The notes under the pieces were generated by a model, which worked only from the letters and a program-made list of their open reading frames with translations, was not told where the DNA came from and did no database searches. This document shows, one piece after another, positions 58,091-64,000 of a DNA stretch of 64,000 nucleotides. The first letter of the stretch is position 1. Each line of letters begins with the position of its first letter. The DNA comes from Haliotis rubra (taxonomy: Eukaryota), in contig NW_025765052.1 of assembly GCF_003918875.1 (NCBI RefSeq), positions 124,001-188,000 of the forward strand, in the 5' to 3' direction. The translations under genes were made by a program, and so were the position numbers.

Positions 58091-60500
58091 ATAAATAAAT
58101 ATATTCTTAATTATGAGTAAGTCTGAGAGTGAGTGAGTGAGTGTGTGTGAGTGAGAGAGTGGGTGCGTCTGTACGTAGATGCGTGCGTGGGTGCCTTCGT
58201 GCGTGAGTGAGTGAGTGAGATCAAAACAATCCAGCAGACTCAACTGACAAAGCAAGTTGGTACATTGGTATATTATAAGTTTGACTGGATGGACTGTTCA
58301 GACTGATATGTTAGTATATGACAGTCGACTGACACTTGATGGCGACTATATCTTCCCACGTTTTGCCAAAGCGCCCTACAACACAAGCTTTGTTTCAGAA
58401 AATATCGGCCTTGGAAGTTGAATGAGGTCTTATTTGTTTCATTTGGAAGTTTCTATTTCACAATACACAAACGAAAAGTGACATTTTAAAATACGTTTTT
58501 TCATTTTGAAAAATGCAAAAAATATGTTTTAAAGTAGACTTATCAGGTGTTGACATGATCCAAATTGTTTTGTTTTTTTCGCATCAAGGTATAGGTGTTA
58601 GTTAGAACATAATTCGAACTACTCAGAGTGTAGAATATGGAACACTGAGGGATTTAATGTCACTTAACAAATTTGAAAGTAAACTGCGTTCTATGTTTTC
58701 TATATGATGTATGATAATATTATAATATTGACCACAACTTTGATCATCTCATTAGCCCAAGTATATGTGTACGTATGAATCAGAGACAAAGGGTAGCATG
58801 GAGATGAGGTGTCCGCTCGTCCCGATGTAATTCCGGGTTCGATGTAAATCAGTTTTTGAAATTACCATACCGTCATTAATTGATCAATGATTTCAGTGCA
58901 GTTCATGATTTCATCGAACACACCGGAATGTCTTTCATTTCGGCCTAAAGTACCGAATACCTTAATTACTGTACTGAAGAAAATTAAGTCAGAATTGCAA
59001 GGACATTCGTGCAGACCATCATTTATCATGCCTCTCGATGATGGTTTGGGACATCATCTTCTTCGGTCATGTGACTGTCTACAAGTAGCTGTCAGGAGTT
59101 GTTATTGTGGATTTGACCAACCAGTCATAGTCGAACATGTTTCATGGTGGTATTTTACATCATACGTTGTATGCTTCTCTCGAGGTAACACGGTCTGTTG
59201 CACGCCTTTTTGTAGCAGTGTCACCCGAGCCGTATTTATCTTACCGCCATCTTAAATGTACAAAATATGTATCACTTTGTTCTATTTTCAAGATCGATAA
59301 GGTCGTTACCGACTATATAACATATAAACAAAATGGCGTCTGCCTCTCGACTGTTTTTTTTTAAAATCAGTGAAACATATTCAGACAAGCTGAAAACTGC
59401 TTAAAAATTATCCGTGATTTCATAAAGAGTTATCTAACATGACTGCAGCATTTACCTTTTTAACATGAAATCCTTGATCGCTGTCTACTACCCTTGCTGA
59501 AATTAAAGACAATCTGCAATTCTTCCATCACCTTTTCCATGACCAAACTGTTCGCTGAACACCGAATCTTTGTCTTGTCACTATGTACATAAGGCCGCAC
59601 GTTCAAATATATAGGTAGATAAAGAGACTCTAGAGCTGAGATTACAGTCGTTCCTCTGAAACGTTGTGTTAAAGCAACAAAGTTGTCACCCACGACACTT
59701 GGGGGGTGGGGTAGCTTAGTGGTTAAAGTGTTTGCTTATCATGGTTCTATTCCTCATTTTGTAGCTCGTTTCTGGTTTACACCGCCCTGATATTACGGGA
59801 ATTCCCCGACCGCGTCATACCAAAAGACGTTAAAATATGGTACTTGTTGGTCCCTGCCTGGCGCTCAGCATTAATGGGTACAACAAGGACTGGTCGGCTC
59901 GGAGTCAGTATAATGTGTCTGAGTGGGGCATTCATGCTTCACTGCGGCATGGTATCTCAGTGGGCTAGCTCTATAAAACTACCTTAAGTCTAGGCTAGTA
60001 CAAGCAGCCGCACATACACATACACGCGCATGCACGTCGTCATATGAGCGAAATATTCTCAAGTACGACGTTAAACCCAATTTCACCTCACCTCACCTCA
60101 CCTATTACGGGAATATTACGAAACCTAATTCACTCATTTGGCATGGACTTATAAAGTACACGGTGCTTCATTCATTGTAAACATGTGGTGGAACTGTCGC
60201 CTTCTGAACGAACGTTTCAACTAACACACATGTTTATGTATGTGACTGGGTGACTGTTGTTTTATGCTAATGTCAGAAATATTCTAGCTTTTTCACAGCC
60301 TCGGACAGACCAATCATATTGAAGAATGTTGTTGTATGATGAAGTCCTCGACATATTCCGACAGTGGGTAATTAAAGGATCAAACACGCTCATGATATCA
60401 CCCACCGGTTTAGCAGCCTGAAGCATGATAATTTACAGCCCGGTGTGATATTGTTGTCATTCATGGACTGTGCGACAACATTAACAATTCTCCAGAATAA

Positions 60501-61010
60501 GGGGGCGTGGTGGGCGAGCTGGCTAAGGCGCCAGGCTACTGATCCAGCGAGTATGAGGTGCCGGGATCGAGCCCACCTTTGACCGTGTGTAAAAACCTTG
60601 GAGTCAGCTTTGTGTGCAGACTCTTTCAGTGTTGTCACAACCCCTAGTGTACAGTAGACTTAAAAGAACCCACGAATCCGTTGATATATGACCATATTGT
60701 GGCCACATGAATACGTGCAAACACCTAGTTGAGGGTACAGCAACGTGCAGAATACTTGGACAAAGTACTGTGACTATGTGTCCCAGTCCACCCAGCTGTG
60801 AATGGGTACCTCGTGAGGATGGGAAAGCCACATTAACCCGGTGCGCCTTGTGGCAGCACGAGTTGTATGCTCCCCAGGGAGTTGAGATTGATAATGAGAT
60901 GTGCCGTTGAGATTGACATCCAATGATCGAGGGGAAAAGATACCAGCGCCTCGAGCATGCACAAGTACCTGGTTATGCGCTCTATATAAATATCCAAAAA
61001 TAATAATAAT
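60501..61010 (+). mobile_element. Composite tRNA SINE (family E) with Deu/Nin-like and CORE-like domains and an L2-type tail; 3' fragments also at ~24552-24730(-) and ~51990-52110(-)
   Basis: tRNA head at 60501-60585; ggagtcagctttgtgtgcagactctttcagtgt; tccacccagctgtgaatgggtacc; tail agcgcctcgagcatg...gcgctctatataaat(AAT)n. Domain names are from recall. Confidence 0.7.
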
Positions 61011-62562
61011 GATCAACAATCGGTCCAGTCAAGGTACGACCATAGTTATTCTATTCAAACATTTAGCAAACAAAACAGGGCCCCGATCCACAAAAGCGTT
61101 CGTAACGTTACGACCTATCGTAACTCATAGACTAATGTAGTTGTGGTGCTATAACGTTTTGTAGATCGGAGCCCAGGTCATTTACTCGAACACAAACTTA
61201 GATGGTGGTTGTGGATTGGGTTTAACGTCGTGCTTGAGAATATTTCGCTCATATGACGACGTGCATGTGTGTGTATGTGTATGTGCGGCTGCTTGTACTA
61301 GCCAAGACTGAAGCTGGTTTTACCATGCCACAGTGAAGCATGAATACCCCTCTCAGACACATTATACTGACTCCGAGCCGACCAGTCCTTGTTGTACCCA
61401 TTAATGCCGAGCGTCAGGCAGGGACCAACAAGTACCATATTTAACGTCTTTTGGTATGACGCGGTCGGGGATCAGACCGCGACCTTCCGCACTCCGGGCG
61501 GACGTTCTAACCACTACACCACGGAGGCGGTCCACAATCTTAGAAGTTACGATAGCAACATGAAAGAATCCATAAACTCCTTTTACTAGCATGCCAGTGA
61601 AGACCAACTGGATATGGGAGTATTTGAATATGAATTGTGAAATAATTACTGTATTTGCTTCACATGTAACGGTTGTTTTTGACATGAAACAAAGTAAACA
61701 CAAATAAACCCGGAATTGTCAAAATTATTTTTATTGCTCAGCTATCAATAATGAACGTTCTTCATGATTAAAATGCAAGAACATTCAAAATGAATGTATA
61801 ATGCTGCCATGCCGTTCCGCAGTCAGTCGCCATGGTGATGGTGACGTCACACTGCAAATACTAATCACACGACTGAAGGCAAGCGATTATGCTATAGGAA
61901 AACTACTCGGTTATCCACAACTTAGAAATATTGGTACAGCTTGCAGAAGTTGAGAAAACTCGTCAGGGGATAGGTCCTTCGTTACTCAAACATATTAAAC
62001 GCATTAACTGACGTCCTCCTTCTAAATATCCCTGGGCTAAAGAGTATGTATAATCTGGTAGCAAAACTTAAAATCGTAGACCACACCACGACATAAGAAC
62101 AACTGATGTGTAGAAAACGTACAAATACACCCCCATCCCCTTAAAATTAGAGAAAAAATTGAAATAAAAATATAATGATAAAATACAACGAAATAAATAA
62201 AACAATTAATAGGAACTGCAATTATCCCATGTTTATGCCATTTACAAAATAATAATTTGTTACCGTTTGGTACATAAAAAATCATATCAATGCCTTGCCT
62301 CCTTATGGGAGCCCTCCACTGGTCCTATTTATCATTTAAGCAGATGTTTGCAAATGCAAAAATACACAATAATAACACATACAGATGTAAGTTACACAAT
62401 GGCCGACCGAGGCTGGTTCAAAAAGTTTAGCTTACAACTGTTATCATATCGATGTAAGTGCTTGAAAGACTGTGAAACCGCAGTTCAGATTTTAGCTTTC
62501 GAACGACAGTCAATATGTGAAACGTTTGTGTAACCTTCTTGTATTCACAGGAGCTGTCAGGT

Positions 62563-63655
62563 CTATGCGAGGCATTGTTTTAGGACAAGGAAGGGGACTA
62601 AGGTCAAGGCAGTGAACGTTGCTTTTGACTGGCCGGAGAACATAGGGAAACGAGGGTCGTTGTTCATCTCGCCCATGTTGTCGATGTAGTACCACATGTC
62701 CATGCCCTGCAGATGGAGAGAAAGACGTTCATAATTTTTTTAGAAATGTTCAAGCATATTTAATATTGTCCCAGAGTGTTCTGGAATGTTCAAGTATATT
62801 TAATAATGTTCAAGCATTACACATGTTCAGGCATTAATTAGACGACGTTCTATAAAGTGTCAGTTTAGTTTACATTTCACAAACCAGCGTCTCACAAATA
62901 AAAGTAAAATGTCTACAGTACATTGTTTTTTTATGAGTTAGCGAACACATAAACAAAGCTCCACAGTAGGTGTCGACGTAAACCTTCACATTTTTCTTTA
63001 AAAAAAATTTCATTTTGCGATATAAATGTATTTTAGCTACACTATCAAGTATACAATTTAAAGCTTGGTCACTAATCTTTAATTCCAGGGACAAATTTCA
63101 ACAGTTTGCTGGTTGTCTGAACCTATAAACATACATTGGTTCAGGGTATGATAGGTTAATGCTCTCTGAATCCATCCTTTAACACAATATTTCGTCCTCA
63201 CACAGAACACCGATACACAATAATATAAGAAAATGGACATGTGCGTTTTGACAGAATAATCTCCAGTGTAAACCCAAACGTGGTCAATGAACTTTGGTTT
63301 AAATATTAAATGATTGCCACAACATACCTCCTGGAGAAACAAACAAAATATACAAGCAAATAAATGCATCCTTATTCTCGTGCGAACACATTATTATTTT
63401 CACATTCAACCTGAAATATTATTTGGATGCAACACGTACCGTAATCCCGTTCATCGCGCCACATCGGTTGGCCACCACGTACCACATCATACCACGATCG
63501 ACGTTGAAGGTGACACGGCCGTTACAGTTGACGCTGTCCCCCATGGTGGAGTCGTAACGCTGCATACAACCAGCTTGGGTCATTCCAAAGTCTAGGTTGA
63601 GGACTTGTTGACCGCTGCCGGCGAATTGTAGAACCGATAACTTCTCCTCACAAGA
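62563..63655 (-). CDS. TMEM145/GPR180 ectodomain-only protein, paralogue C, last two exons (63655-63440, 62706-62563); 5' exons lie beyond the right edge
   Basis: The 216-nt exon is 69/72 aa identical to paralogue B. The last exon encodes GMDMWYYIDNMGEMNNDPRFPMFSGQSKATFTALTLVPFLVLKQCLA*. Splice sites are canonical. Confidence 0.88.
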
Positions 63656-64000
63656 CTGTGATAAAAGCAAAACCATTTGACTCAGTTTTTGTTTTTTCGT
63701 CACTTTCAACAGTGTTTACAGTATATCACCACTTGCCGCCACTGACAAACGCAAAACCTAATAAGTAGTAGGAATGGGGCTTGATTCCCTTACAACAGTT
63801 TTCTGTGGACGTTTCAGGGACGTAACATAGGAACGCGTCCATGCCCCCGTAAACATACGTGAGTGATATACGTCTCAGTTCAATGGTGCTTATATAAGGT
63901 GTGTTCTCTAAATAATTCTATAATCTATTGTTAACATGTGAATGCTTTTTATCACGTGATGTTTCATGTGACTGCAAAAACTATCGGTTTTAGACAAAAC

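Overview
Repeat-rich animal genomic DNA with GT-AG introns, probably a mollusc; the (GAGT)n-tailed SINE families suggest an abalone-like gastropod, which is an inference. There is one assembly gap at 7106-7364. Manual splicing recovers six genes that the ORF track shows only in fragments. (1) The first two exons of a fibrocystin-L/PKHD1L1-like gene (minus strand, runs off the left edge). (2) A complete 4-exon, 206-aa secreted Sushi+Kringle protein (minus). (3-5) Three tandem minus-strand paralogues: A at 33796-39027 (198 aa), B at 51666-55912 (204 aa) and C at 62563-63655 (last two exons only). They encode only the luminal GOLD-like ectodomain of TMEM145/GPR180 and end in a GPI-type signal instead of the seven-transmembrane domain. 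(6) A 2-exon, ~320-aa protein with about 8 transmembrane segments on the plus strand, between A and B. The rest is mostly mobile DNA: an RT+RNase H LINE with a 15-bp target-site duplication (TSD), an L2/CR1 fragment, at least five SINE families, Tc1/mariner relics, hAT-, Mutator-, Harbinger-, Academ- and Helentron-like non-autonomous elements, a Penelope-like inverted repeat with a hammerhead-like motif, and several mini/microsatellites. The best candidate for an undescribed system is the cluster of GPI-anchored, 7TM-less TMEM145-like genes. All homologies were recognised by eye and from memory; no database searches were run.
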